A DNA stretch of 44,067 bases, taken from assembly GCA_005883775.1 (NCBI GenBank), contig VBEU01000162.1, positions 1 through 44,067 of the forward strand, read 5' to 3'. Numbering within the stretch: position 1 is the first letter of the stretch; each line of letters begins with the position of its first letter. Under the pieces are notes generated by a model. The model was given only the letters and a program-made list of their open reading frames with translations, made no database searches and was not told where the DNA came from. The DNA is from Chloroflexota bacterium. GTDB lineage: Bacteria; Chloroflexota; Limnocylindria; P2-11E. A program made the position numbers and the translations under genes. Shown piece after piece: positions 8,816 through 18,387 of the stretch.

Positions 8816-8864
8816 GGGTGCGTCAATTCTAGGTCGGGTCAACTGCTAGCGTGACCGTCGAGAT

Positions 8865-9620
8865 ATGAGCGCGGGAACCACGACTCGCGAGCGCGACAAG
8901 GAGCTCTCGCTCGTTCAGCACCTCGGAGAGCTGCGGAGCCGCCTCGTGGTGTCGGCCATCGCGCTCGTCGTCGGCACCGCGATCGCCTTCTACTTCGGGA
9001 CGCAGCTCATTCGCATCCTCCTCATCCCGGTGGATTGCAGCTTCATCCCGACCTATGTTTGCCGCCAGCCCCCGACGACGCTCATCTCGCTCAGCCCGAC
9101 TGAGAACTTCACGACCTACTTTCGCGTAGCGCTTTTCGCGGGTTTCGCACTCGCGATGCCGGTGATCCTCTACGAGATCTACGCCTACATCGATCCCGCC
9201 CTCCTTCCGAAGGAGCGGCGTTTCGTCCGCTTCATGGGCCTACCAGTCATCGGCCTCTTCGTCGCGGGGATGCTCTTCTGCTACTTCGTCCTGCTGCCGA
9301 ACGCCATCAAGTTCCTCGTCACCTTCGGCCAAGAGGTCATTCACAACGAGCTGCGCGCCTCCGACTACCTGTCGTTCGTCACCATTTTCATCCTGGGGAT
9401 GGGGCTCATCTTCGAGGTCCCGGCCGCGATATTCGCCCTGATCAAGATCCACGTCATCACGCGCCAGTGGCTCGCCAAACAGCGCCGCTACGCGTTCCTC
9501 GCGGCGTTCCTCATCGGCGCGATCATCACGCCCACACCGGACCCGTTCAACCAGACGCTGGTCGCGATCCCGATGTATCTCCTGTTCGAGCTGGGCCTGT
9601 TCCTCGCACGCTTCGCCTGA
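8865..9620 (+). CDS. tatC: Twin-arginine translocase subunit TatC
   Basis: [41 protein letters not shown](M)YLLFE. Confidence 0.95.
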   Translation: MSAGTTTRERDKELSLVQHLGELRSRLVVSAIALVVGTAIAFYFGTQLIRILLIPVDCSFIPTYVCRQPPTTLISLSPTENFTTYFRVALFAGFALAMPVILYEIYAYIDPALLPKERRFVRFMGLPVIGLFVAGMLFCYFVLLPNAIKFLVTFGQEVIHNELRASDYLSFVTIFILGMGLIFEVPAAIFALIKIHVITRQWLAKQRRYAFLAAFLIGAIITPTPDPFNQTLVAIPMYLLFELGLFLARFA

Positions 9621-10893
9621 GCTCCTCCAGCCGCGCCCGGAGCTTCGCCTCAGCGCCGAGATCGGTCGGGACGTAGTAGCGCCGGCCAGCGAGGGAGTCG
9701 GGTAGGTACGTCTCGTCCGGCGCGACGTGCCCTTCGAAGTCGTGCGCGTACTTGTATCCCTTGCCGTATCCCTGCTCGGCCATCAGTCGGGTGGGCGCGT
9801 TGCGCAGGTGAAGAGGCACCGGATCCACCCGGGTTTCGGCGAGATCGTGCTGGAGCTCACCGAGTCCGCGCTTCAGGGAGTCCGACTTCGGCGCGAGCGC
9901 GAGGTACACGGTCGCCTCGGCCAGGGGGTAGTAGGCCTCGGGCATCCCGATGAGGTGCGTGGCCTGCTGGGCCGCGCTCGCGATGACGAGCGCCTGCGGG
10001 TCCGCGAGACCCACGTCCTCCCCCGCGAGGATCACGATGCGCCGCGCGATGAACATCGGATCCTCACCCGCGTCGATCATCCGCATGAGCCAATACAGAG
10101 CGGCGTCGGGGTCGGATCCGCGGACGCTCTTGATGAACGCCGAGATCGTGTCGTAGTGCTGGTCGCCCGCGCGGTCATAGAGGAGCGAGCGGCGTTGCAG
10201 GGCCTCCTTGACCTCGTCGAGCCCGACGGGCTTCTTTCCATCCGGTCCGGGCACGGCGGAATCCGCCGCTAGCTCGAGCGCGTTGAGCGCGACGCGCGCA
10301 TCGCCGTTGCTCACCGCGACCAGACCGTCCAGAGCGTCGTTGGTGAGCGCGACCGACCCGCCGAGACCGCGCGCATCCGCGAGAGCGCGTTCGACGATCA
10401 GCCTGACTTCGTCTTCGGTCAGCGGCTTCAGGGTGAACACGCGGGATCGCGAGAGGAGTGCCGAGTTCACCTCGAACGATGGGTTCTCGGTGGTCGCTCC
10501 GAGGAGCGTGACGTCGCCGTTCTCGACATACGGCAGCACTACGTCCTGCTGGGCCTTGTTGAAGCGGTGAATCTCGTCGATGAAAAGGACGGTGCCCTGA
10601 TTCGTCAGGCCGCGGAGCTTTCGCGACTCGTCGATGATCTTGCGCAGCTCGGCCACACCCGAGGCGACGGCTGAGATCGCCACGAAGCGTGACTGCGTGC
10701 GCTTCGCGCCTATCGCGGCAAGGGTCGTCTTCCCCGTGCCGGGCGGGCCCCAGAGGATCATCGAGGGGAGCTGACCGGCCTCCATCGCCTTGCGAAGGAC
10801 GCGGCCCTTCCCCACGAGGTGACCCTGACCCACGAATTCATCGAGATCGCGCGGCCGCATCCGTGCGGCGAGTGGTTGGCTTGCGGGCACCAA
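9547..10893 (-). CDS. rarA: Replication-associated recombination protein A (MgsA/RarA)
   Basis: [72 protein letters not shown]. Confidence 0.95.
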   Translation of the reverse strand: MVPASQPLAARMRPRDLDEFVGQGHLVGKGRVLRKAMEAGQLPSMILWGPPGTGKTTLAAIGAKRTQSRFVAISAVASGVAELRKIIDESRKLRGLTNQGTVLFIDEIHRFNKAQQDVVLPYVENGDVTLLGATTENPSFEVNSALLSRSRVFTLKPLTEDEVRLIVERALADARGLGGSVALTNDALDGLVAVSNGDARVALNALELAADSAVPGPDGKKPVGLDEVKEALQRRSLLYDRAGDQHYDTISAFIKSVRGSDPDAALYWLMRMIDAGEDPMFIARRIVILAGEDVGLADPQALVIASAAQQATHLIGMPEAYYPLAEATVYLALAPKSDSLKRGLGELQHDLAETRVDPVPLHLRNAPTRLMAEQGYGKGYKYAHDFEGHVAPDETYLPDSLAGRRYYVPTDLGAEAKLRARLEELRRSVRGTGPARTGDTSGSRPASG

Positions 10894-10933
10894 CCGATTC
10901 TCGCACCGCGACCGAATTGCCGCTCCCGGGACA

Positions 10934-10953
10934 CATAAACCGTCGCTTATGCT
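10934..10953 (+). promoter_or_regulatory. Putative ArsR-type operator CATAA-N8-TTATG overlapping a TATGCT -10 box
   Basis: AT-rich inverted repeat at 10934-10951. The -10 box at 10948-10953 is 7 nt before GTG 10961. Confidence 0.45.
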
Positions 10954-10960
10954 AGGGAGC

Positions 10961-11281
10961 GTGGAACGGGGAGCGGTCCTCAGCCAATCGAGCCTGCGCG
11001 AGCTCCGCAGCTACTACCGGGCACTCGGCGACGTGAATCGTCTGCGCATCGTGCAGATCCTCGTCACCGAAGGCGAGCAACCGGTGTCCGAACTCGCGCG
11101 GCGTCTGCGAATCAGCCAGCCCCTCATGTCCTGGCACCTGCGGCGCCTGCGGCGCGCGGGGATCGTGCGGATGGAGCGGGTGGGTCGCGAGGTCCGTTGC
11201 TCGTTCGACCGCGAAAAGTTCGCCGACCTCAACGCGCGCGGGTTCCGTCTGCTCATGAATCGCGCCGAGGCGCAGGCATGA
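10961..11281 (+). CDS. ArsR/SmtB family transcriptional regulator
   Basis: [41 protein letters not shown] winged HTH. Start GTG 10961 (alternative ATG 10949). Confidence 0.88.
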   Translation: MERGAVLSQSSLRELRSYYRALGDVNRLRIVQILVTEGEQPVSELARRLRISQPLMSWHLRRLRRAGIVRMERVGREVRCSFDREKFADLNARGFRLLMNRAEAQA

Positions 11282-11898
11282 GCCACGGCGTGGTGCCCGA
11301 CCGATTGGCCGAAGGCGCGCGGGCGGGGATCGGTCCGCTGGCCCGGGCGCTCGCCGCCATGGGCATATCGGCGAACGCAGTGACGATCGCGGGAGGCGTG
11401 CTCAGCGTCATCGGTGCCGGATTCCTGGCGGCGGGAATGCCACTGCCTGCGCTCATCGTCCTGTTGATCGGGACGCTGGCCGACACGCTCGACGGGCAGC
11501 TCGCGAAAGCCTCCGGTGGGGGAACACGCCTCGGCGCGTTCCTGGATTCAACGGTCGATCGGGTCGCGGACGGCGCGCTGTTCGTGGGCGCAGCCGTGGC
11601 GGGGGCGAACCTCGGCCAAATGCTGCTCCTCTGGTCGTCGCTCATCGCCCTTGTCGCATCGTTCCTGGTCCCGTACGTTCGCGCGAAGGCCGAATCGCTG
11701 GGCGTAAGCGCGAGCGTCGGGCCGGCGCCGCGTGAGGCGCGCATCGTCATTTTCCTGATCGGTCTCGCGTCCTGGGCTGTCTTCGACCTCGTCGTGCTGT
11801 TCGTCGCAGCGGTTCTCGCCCTCGCGCTCCTCTCGACGATCACATTCGTGCTCCGGGTGGTCCACGTCGGCCGCCAACTCTCGACCAAAGAAAGGTAG
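11278..11898 (+). CDS. pgsA: CDP-alcohol phosphatidyltransferase, phosphatidylinositol-phosphate synthase (PgsA1/PIPS)-like
   Basis: DTLDGQLAK...GAFLDSTVDRVAD signature and PYVRAKAES motif typical of PIP synthases; adjacent to ino1. ATG 11278 overlaps the ArsR stop. Confidence 0.85.
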   Translation: MSHGVVPDRLAEGARAGIGPLARALAAMGISANAVTIAGGVLSVIGAGFLAAGMPLPALIVLLIGTLADTLDGQLAKASGGGTRLGAFLDSTVDRVADGALFVGAAVAGANLGQMLLLWSSLIALVASFLVPYVRAKAESLGVSASVGPAPREARIVIFLIGLASWAVFDLVVLFVAAVLALALLSTITFVLRVVHVGRQLSTKER

Positions 11899-11910
11899 AT
11901 ATCCGAACTC

Positions 11911-13062
11911 ATGCCGATTGCGAAGAAGAGAAAGAAAGCGTCGACCACGCGCCGCGGGAACAAGAGGATCCGCGTCGCGATCATCGGTGTCGGTAACTGC
12001 GCGAGCTCGCTCGTGCAGGGTGTCCACTACTACCGAAACGCCAAGCCCGGCGACCGCGTGCCCGGGATCATGCACGTCGACCTCGGCGGCTATCACATCC
12101 GTGACGTCGACTTTGTCGCAGCGATCGACGTGGATCGGAACAAGGTCGGCAAGGATCTCGCCGACGCGATCTATCAGGCACCGAACAACACCTACCGCTT
12201 CGCCGACGTTCCGCGAACCGGGGTGAAGGTCTCGCGAGGCATGACCCACGACGGGATCGGCAAGTACCTCTCCGAGGTCGTCAAGAAGGCCCCAGGGGCC
12301 ACGGATGACATTGTCGCGATCCTGCGCGATCGGGAGGTCGACGTCGTCGTGAGCTACCTGCCGGTCGGAAGCGAGGAAGCCACGAAGTGGTACGTCGAGC
12401 AGACGCTGGAAGCCGGGTGCGCGTTCATCAACTGCATCCCGGTGTTCATCGCCCGCGAGCCGTACTGGCAGAAGCGCTTTGCCCAGAAGAACCTGCCGAT
12501 CATCGGCGACGACATCAAGTCACAGGTCGGCGCCACGATCACGCATCGTGTCCTCACCCGACTGTTCATGGACCGCGGCGTGCGCCTCGATCGCACCTAT
12601 CAGCTGAACTTCGGCGGCAACACCGACTTCCTCAATATGCTCGAGCGTGAGCGTCTCGAGTCGAAGAAGATCAGCAAGACGAACGCCGTGACGAGCATGC
12701 TCGACTATCCGATGGACGCGAAGGACGTCCACGTCGGCCCCTCCGACTACGTGCCGTGGCTCCTGGACCGCAAGTGGTGCTATATCCGCATGGAGGGAAC
12801 GACCTTCGGCGACGTACCGCTGAACGCGGAGGTAAAGCTCGAGGTCTGGGACTCGCCGAACAGTGCCGGAGTCGTCATCGACGCAATACGCTGCTGCAAG
12901 CTCGCGCTCGACCGGGGCCTCGGCGGCACGATCGTGGCGCCGTCGGCGTACTTCATGAAGTCGCCGCCGCGCCAGATCCCGGACGACCGGGCGCGCGAGG
13001 GCGTGGAGGAATACATCAAGGGCCGTTCCGGTCAGCAGACGCTCAGCGGGTCGACGACCTAG
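11911..13062 (+). CDS. ino1: myo-inositol-1-phosphate synthase
   Basis: [63 protein letters not shown]. Confidence 0.97.
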   Translation: MPIAKKRKKASTTRRGNKRIRVAIIGVGNCASSLVQGVHYYRNAKPGDRVPGIMHVDLGGYHIRDVDFVAAIDVDRNKVGKDLADAIYQAPNNTYRFADVPRTGVKVSRGMTHDGIGKYLSEVVKKAPGATDDIVAILRDREVDVVVSYLPVGSEEATKWYVEQTLEAGCAFINCIPVFIAREPYWQKRFAQKNLPIIGDDIKSQVGATITHRVLTRLFMDRGVRLDRTYQLNFGGNTDFLNMLERERLESKKISKTNAVTSMLDYPMDAKDVHVGPSDYVPWLLDRKWCYIRMEGTTFGDVPLNAEVKLEVWDSPNSAGVVIDAIRCCKLALDRGLGGTIVAPSAYFMKSPPRQIPDDRAREGVEEYIKGRSGQQTLSGSTT

Positions 13063-13064
13063 AG

Positions 13065-13973
13065 ATGCTGGACCGTCTGCTCCACGGATCGGCGTTTTGG
13101 GGCTGGCGCGTCGGCGCGTCGCTCGCGCAGCGCCTGCCATCGTGGATCACGTATCCCGCCGCGGTGGTCGGCGGCGAGCTCGCGTACCTCCTCTGGGTGG
13201 GGCGCCGGCGCGTCGCGAAGCAGAACTTCGCCGTCGTGCTCGCGCTCCCGGCGGGCGATCGCGAGGTCGCCCGCGTGGCGCGGCGCTCGTTCCGCAATTT
13301 CGCGAAGTACCTCGTCGAGATCATGCGGTTCCCCCGCCTCGAGACCGCGGATTTCGCGCGGCTCGTCACGGTCGACCCGCGCTCTTGGTCGTACTTCCGG
13401 GCCGCGCGCGACCACGGGCGCGGCCTCATCTTCGTTTCGATGCATTTCGGCAACTTCGAGATCGGCGGCGCTCGGATAGCCGACGAGATCCCGCTCAATG
13501 TCATCGCCGACGAGCTCGAGAACCAGCGCCTCATGGATCTCCTCGTCGCGAACCGTGCCCACAAGAACGTGAAGCTCCTCCCCCCGGAGGGAGCGGTCCG
13601 CCAGGTGCTTCAGGCCCTACGCCGCAACGAGATGGTCGGGCTCATGATGGATCTGGGGCCGCGCGCGAAAGAGCTCGACAACGTCGAGGTGATGTTCTTC
13701 GGCGAGCTCACCGCGTTCCCGACCATCGCCGCGAACCTCGCCCGGGTTTCCGGAGCGCCGATCGTCGTCGCGGCCGTGACGAGGGAACGCGACAACACTT
13801 TCCGCGGCGTCGCTCTGCCGCCGATCTTCGTCGAACGGACGAAGCAGGCCGCCCATGACATCGAGCACACCACACAGGCGATCGTTCACGGCCTCGAGCA
13901 GCTCGTCCGCGGCGATCCCGACCAGTGGTACATATTCCGCCCGATGTGGACCCGGCCCGAAGGCACCCCGTAA
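13065..13973 (+). CDS. LpxL/PatA-family lipid acyltransferase 1
   Basis: HFGNFE, ALRRNEMVGLMMD, VMFFG and PDQW motifs. ATG 2 nt after the ino1 stop. Confidence 0.85.
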   Translation: MLDRLLHGSAFWGWRVGASLAQRLPSWITYPAAVVGGELAYLLWVGRRRVAKQNFAVVLALPAGDREVARVARRSFRNFAKYLVEIMRFPRLETADFARLVTVDPRSWSYFRAARDHGRGLIFVSMHFGNFEIGGARIADEIPLNVIADELENQRLMDLLVANRAHKNVKLLPPEGAVRQVLQALRRNEMVGLMMDLGPRAKELDNVEVMFFGELTAFPTIAANLARVSGAPIVVAAVTRERDNTFRGVALPPIFVERTKQAAHDIEHTTQAIVHGLEQLVRGDPDQWYIFRPMWTRPEGTP

Positions 13974-13975
13974 CC

Positions 13976-14818
13976 ATGGGCGCTACGCGGGCGCTCGCCC
14001 GAGCGGCCGAGCGAATCCTGCCGAGAGTGCCGCCGGCATGGCAGGGGCTGATCTCCGAGGTCGCCGGGACCATGGCGTATCTGGTAGCGCCTCGCGGCCG
14101 AGCCGCGGTCCGCGCGAACCTGGCGACGATCGCGCCGGGCCGGTCGCTGAGCGCCCGGCGCGTGTTCGTGAATCAGGTCCGGCAATACCTCGAGGTATTT
14201 CAGATCCCGCGCCTGGATCGCGCGCGTTTTGACGCGGTCGTCCGTGTCGAAGGGTGGGACAACTTCGTGTGCGCGCAGCGTCTCGGCAAGGGCGTGATCT
14301 TCGGCAGCGCGCACCTCGGACCGATCGCGCTGGTGGGGCAGGTCCTCATCACGCGCGGGTACACGCTTACGCTTCCCGCCGAGAAGACCGACTCCGAGTT
14401 CATGCGTGCCGTCAATCGAGCACGGCAGGCGCAAGGCCTCGTGCTCGTGCCGATGGACTCGGCCATCGGGATCCACCGGGTCATCCGCGACGGCGGCGTG
14501 CTCGGCATCCTCGCGGACCGTGCCGTGACGGGTGTTGGCGAGCGGGTCGAGTTCTTCGGACGGACGGCGCTCTTGCCGTCGGCACATGTGGCCCTGGCCC
14601 TGCGGACGGGCGCGGCCCTCCTCCCCGCGTTCGCCTGGCGCGAGAATGAATTCCTCGTCGCCCGGATCGAGGAGCCGCTCGTGCTCGCGTCCACTGGCGA
14701 CCGGGACTCCGATGTCCGCGCGGGTGTCCGTCAATTCGCCGCCCGTCTCGAGCGCTACGTCAAGGAGCACCCCGAACAGTGGTCGGTGTTCGAGCCTGTG
14801 TGGGGGATTCTTGGGTAG
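13976..14818 (+). CDS. LpxL/PatA-family lipid acyltransferase 2 (divergent catalytic motif)
   Basis: GKGVIFGSAHLGP, LADRAVTGVGERVEFFG, LALRTGAALLP, HPEQWSVFEPVW. Confidence 0.82.
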   Translation: MGATRALARAAERILPRVPPAWQGLISEVAGTMAYLVAPRGRAAVRANLATIAPGRSLSARRVFVNQVRQYLEVFQIPRLDRARFDAVVRVEGWDNFVCAQRLGKGVIFGSAHLGPIALVGQVLITRGYTLTLPAEKTDSEFMRAVNRARQAQGLVLVPMDSAIGIHRVIRDGGVLGILADRAVTGVGERVEFFGRTALLPSAHVALALRTGAALLPAFAWRENEFLVARIEEPLVLASTGDRDSDVRAGVRQFAARLERYVKEHPEQWSVFEPVWGILG

Positions 14819-15542
14819 AGCGGATCTGCAGCTCCATAGCGACCTGGGCGACGGTCTTTCGTCGATCGAAGAGATCCTCGACTCCGCCGAGAAGGCCGGA
14901 CTGGACGTCATCGCGCTCACCGATCACGACGACATCCGCGGCGCCTTCGAGCTGCGCGAGCTTGCGGCGCGGCGCTCGAGCCCCGTCGAGATCGTGACAG
15001 GTGTCGAGGTCACGACGCGATCAGGCCATCTCCTCGCGCTTTGGATCGAAGACGAGATACCGATGTTCTGCTCGCTGGCGCACGCGCTCGCCCGGATCCA
15101 CCAGGCCGGCGGCATCGCAATCGTGCCGCATCCGCTGTCGTACCTCACGTTCTCCATCGGCGAGGGTGCGCTGCGGCAGCTCGCGGCCCTCGGCGATAAC
15201 GCGAAGATGGTCGACGCGATCGAGCTGCGCAACCCCTCCTATGCCGGACGCGTGCGCGCTTCCCGCGCGCTGTGGCTGAACACCCACGTCCTTCGCGTCG
15301 CGGAGACCGGATCGAGCGACGCGCACCATGCGGCGCTCGTCGGGACGTGCTGGACGGAGTTTCCCGGAAGCAAGGCTGGGGAGCTGCGGAGCGCGCTTCA
15401 AGCGCACGCAACCCGAGCCGACGGCCGAGGCTGGACGCTGCGCGAGCATCTCGACGGCGCCGCGAAGCAGCAGTGGCGGTCGATGGTCCGCGACCCGGTC
15501 AAGCGCGCGCGACGCACAATGACCCGCTCGAGGAAGAAATGA
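14811..15542 (+). CDS. PHP-domain metal-dependent phosphoesterase
   Basis: DLQLHS..DG, ALTDHD, GVEV..GH, PHP, GSSDAH. TTG start at 14811 after GGGGGA, overlapping the upstream stop. Confidence 0.85.
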   Translation: MGRADLQLHSDLGDGLSSIEEILDSAEKAGLDVIALTDHDDIRGAFELRELAARRSSPVEIVTGVEVTTRSGHLLALWIEDEIPMFCSLAHALARIHQAGGIAIVPHPLSYLTFSIGEGALRQLAALGDNAKMVDAIELRNPSYAGRVRASRALWLNTHVLRVAETGSSDAHHAALVGTCWTEFPGSKAGELRSALQAHATRADGRGWTLREHLDGAAKQQWRSMVRDPVKRARRTMTRSRKK

Positions 15543-15549
15543 AGCTCAC

Positions 15550-16665
15550 ATGAAGATCGGGATTGTTTCTCCCTACGCCTATCCGCGGCCCGGCGGTGCG
15601 AACTCGTACATCCGCGAGAGTTACGAGGAGCTGCGCCGCCTGGGACACGACGTTCGGATCATCACCGCTCCGTGGGGCGACGACCCGCCCGCTCAGGACG
15701 TGATCCAGATCGGTCAGGCGATCGCCGTCCCCTACAACGGCGCGATCGGGCGGATCACGCTGTCCCTGCGCCTCGAATGGCTCGTGTCGCGCATGCTCGA
15801 TCGGGAGCGGTTCGACATCATCCATCACCACGAGCCGCTGGTTCCGTTCCTGTCGATGCAGATCCTCGACTCCGCACGGTGCCCTCAGGTGGCCACGTTC
15901 CACGCGTTCGGCGGATTCTCCTTTTCTTACTGGGCCGGCCGGCCGATCGGCAACCGCTACATGAACAAGCTCGATGCTCGGATCGCAGTTTCGAGTGCCG
16001 CACGTCACTTCATCTCGACCTACTTCCCGGGCGATTACAAGATCATCCCGAACGGAGTGGACGTGCAGTTCTACTCGAGCGCGAGGCCGTTTCCCGAGTA
16101 TGAGGACGGAAAGATCAACATCCTCTTCGTCGGACGGCTCGAGCCGCGTAAAGGCGCGATGTATCTCATGGAGGCCTACGCGAAGCTGAAGCCCAAGCAC
16201 CCAGAGCTCCGGCTGATCCTCTGCAGCGTCGGTCCGCTGCTCGGCAAGCTCCGGCGCTTCGTCCGCGAAAATCGCCTCGAGGACGTGCTCTTCGCGGGTC
16301 GCGTGTCGGATGTGGACAAGGCCCGCTTCTACAAGACGGCGCACGTCTTCTGCGCCCCCTCGACCGGTCAAGAGTCCTTCGGGATCGTGCTCCTTGAGGC
16401 CATGGCCGCCGGCTTACCCGTCGTGGCGAGCGACATCCACGGCTACAAGCGTGTCGTACAGCGAAATGTCACCGGACTCCTGGTCGAGCCCCGCGACCCC
16501 GACGCCATCGCGGGGGCCCTCGAACGCTTGCTCTGCGAGCCCGCGCTGCGCGACCGCCTGGGCCAGGCCGGGGCGAAGCGGGCTCCCGAGTACGACTGGT
16601 CGCACGTCACCGCTCAGCTCGTTGAACTCTACGAGGAAGTCATTCGTAAGAGGGGCGTGCGCTAG
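15550..16665 (+). CDS. pimA: GT4 glycosyltransferase, phosphatidyl-myo-inositol mannosyltransferase PimA-like
   Basis: SPY...PGG, VPYNGAIGR, HEP, ATFH, RIAVS, IPNGVD, GRLEPRKG and ESFGIVLLEAMAAG match PimA motifs; operon context agrees. Confidence 0.78.
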   Translation: MKIGIVSPYAYPRPGGANSYIRESYEELRRLGHDVRIITAPWGDDPPAQDVIQIGQAIAVPYNGAIGRITLSLRLEWLVSRMLDRERFDIIHHHEPLVPFLSMQILDSARCPQVATFHAFGGFSFSYWAGRPIGNRYMNKLDARIAVSSAARHFISTYFPGDYKIIPNGVDVQFYSSARPFPEYEDGKINILFVGRLEPRKGAMYLMEAYAKLKPKHPELRLILCSVGPLLGKLRRFVRENRLEDVLFAGRVSDVDKARFYKTAHVFCAPSTGQESFGIVLLEAMAAGLPVVASDIHGYKRVVQRNVTGLLVEPRDPDAIAGALERLLCEPALRDRLGQAGAKRAPEYDWSHVTAQLVELYEEVIRKRGVR

Positions 16666-16682
16666 AGTCTCGGCCCGAGGGG

Positions 16683-18344
16683 GTGGTCCTCGTGTTCAAC
16701 CGCCAGATCGCCGCGTTCGGAGTCACGCTCGCTCTCTTGCTTGCGGCCTGCACGCCTGCGCCAAAGGGCACCGCGTCTTCACCGTCCGGCGCTGCCGGCG
16801 AGCAACCGCAACCGGGCGGAACGCTCACCTTCATCGTGAACGCGGAGCCGCCGTCGTTCGACGGCCACCGCGAAACGACCTTCGCGCTCCTGCATCCGAT
16901 CGCACCGCACTACAGCACGCTCTACAAGTTCGACCCGAATGACCTGACCACGGTCATCCCGGACGTCGCCGCCGCCATGCCGGAGATCTCGGCGGACAAG
17001 CTCACCTACACGATCAAGCTCCGCACCGACGTAAAGTTCCACGACGGTACGAAGATGACGAGCGACGACATCGTCGCGACCTACAACAAGATCATCTTCC
17101 CGCCCACCGGTGTGCTCTCACCCCGCGCGGGCGCCTACGCCGCGGTCGATGCGAATGGCATCACCGCGACATCGCCCGATGCGGTCACGTTCAAGCTCAA
17201 GTACCCGTCGGCTTCGTTCGCCACGAACCTCGCCTCGCCGTGGAATTTCATCTACAGCGCGGCGAAGCTCAAGGCGGACATCCACTGGTATGAGAAGAAC
17301 ATCATGGGCACCGGCCCGTTCACGTACGTCTCGAACACCAAGGGACAGGACTGGGTCGGCAAGAAGTTCCCGGACTACTTCGGCAAGGACAAGAACGGCG
17401 TCCAGCTGCCCTACCTCGACGGATATAAGGCCCTCATCATCACCGACGCCAGCGCCGAGGTGAACGCGATCCGCAGCAAGCAGGCGGCGATCGAATTCCG
17501 TGGCTTCACGCCGCAGCAACGCGATACCCTCTCGGGCGCGCTCGGCAGCGCGCTCGCGATCCAGGAGGCGCCGTGGATTTGCGTGAACTACGTCGTCCCG
17601 AACACGAAGAAGCCGCCCTTCGATGACGTCCGGGTGCGCCAGGCGCTGACCCTCGCGATCGACCGCTATGCCGGCAGCACGTCGCTCCAGAAGATCACGA
17701 TCGTGAAGGATGTCGGCGGCCTCATGCGGCCCAAGGGTCCGTTCGCGCAGACGGACTCCGACCTCCAGAAGATCGCCGGTTTCGGCACGGACGGCGCGGC
17801 CAACAAGGCCAAAGCGAAGCAGCTCCTCGCCGACGCGGGCCAGTCGAACCTCACGTTCAAGTTCCTCAACCGCAACATCACGACGCCCTACGAGCCGGTC
17901 GCGCTCTTCGTACTCGACCAGTGGAAGCAGATCGGCATCAACGCCACGCACGACGTGAAGGAGACCTCCGCGTACCAGGCCGACCTGCGCGCAGGGAACT
18001 TCGAGGTCGCGCTTGATTTCAACTGCGACTTCCTCGATGAGCCCGACCTGCAGCTCGCCAAGTTCTGGTCCGCCTCGGGTCTCGGCAAGGGCCTGAACTT
18101 CGCGTATTACGACGACGCGGCGCTCGACAAGATGATCGACGGACAGAGCCGCGAGACCGACCCGGCCAAGCGCAAGGCGCTCGTCGCCGACATCGAGAAG
18201 TACGCGATGGACACGAAGGCCTACCAGTATCCGGTCCTCTGGTGGTACCGGATCATTCCGTACCTGAACACGGTGCGCGGCTGGCGCATCGGTTCGAACC
18301 ACTACACCAATCAGGACCTCGAGACGGTCTGGCTGGGGAAATAA
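16683..18344 (+). CDS. ABC transporter substrate-binding lipoprotein, family 5 (Opp/Dpp-like)
   Basis: Lipobox LAAC, YTIKLR..VKFHDG, GTGPF, PFDDVRVRQAL. True start may be GTG 16692 based on RBS spacing. Confidence 0.92.
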   Translation: MVLVFNRQIAAFGVTLALLLAACTPAPKGTASSPSGAAGEQPQPGGTLTFIVNAEPPSFDGHRETTFALLHPIAPHYSTLYKFDPNDLTTVIPDVAAAMPEISADKLTYTIKLRTDVKFHDGTKMTSDDIVATYNKIIFPPTGVLSPRAGAYAAVDANGITATSPDAVTFKLKYPSASFATNLASPWNFIYSAAKLKADIHWYEKNIMGTGPFTYVSNTKGQDWVGKKFPDYFGKDKNGVQLPYLDGYKALIITDASAEVNAIRSKQAAIEFRGFTPQQRDTLSGALGSALAIQEAPWICVNYVVPNTKKPPFDDVRVRQALTLAIDRYAGSTSLQKITIVKDVGGLMRPKGPFAQTDSDLQKIAGFGTDGAANKAKAKQLLADAGQSNLTFKFLNRNITTPYEPVALFVLDQWKQIGINATHDVKETSAYQADLRAGNFEVALDFNCDFLDEPDLQLAKFWSASGLGKGLNFAYYDDAALDKMIDGQSRETDPAKRKALVADIEKYAMDTKAYQYPVLWWYRIIPYLNTVRGWRIGSNHYTNQDLETVWLGK

Positions 18345-18387
18345 CGGCGAACTAGCGGACTCGAGGGAGCCGCCCGAGACTTACCGG

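Noticed and set aside
15550..16665. GT4 as mycothiol MshA (given ino1 and a DinB-like gene)
   Set aside because: It lacks the MshA-type HTSP..GxxDAGGMNVY start. The motifs and the pgsA/acyltransferase context match PimA.
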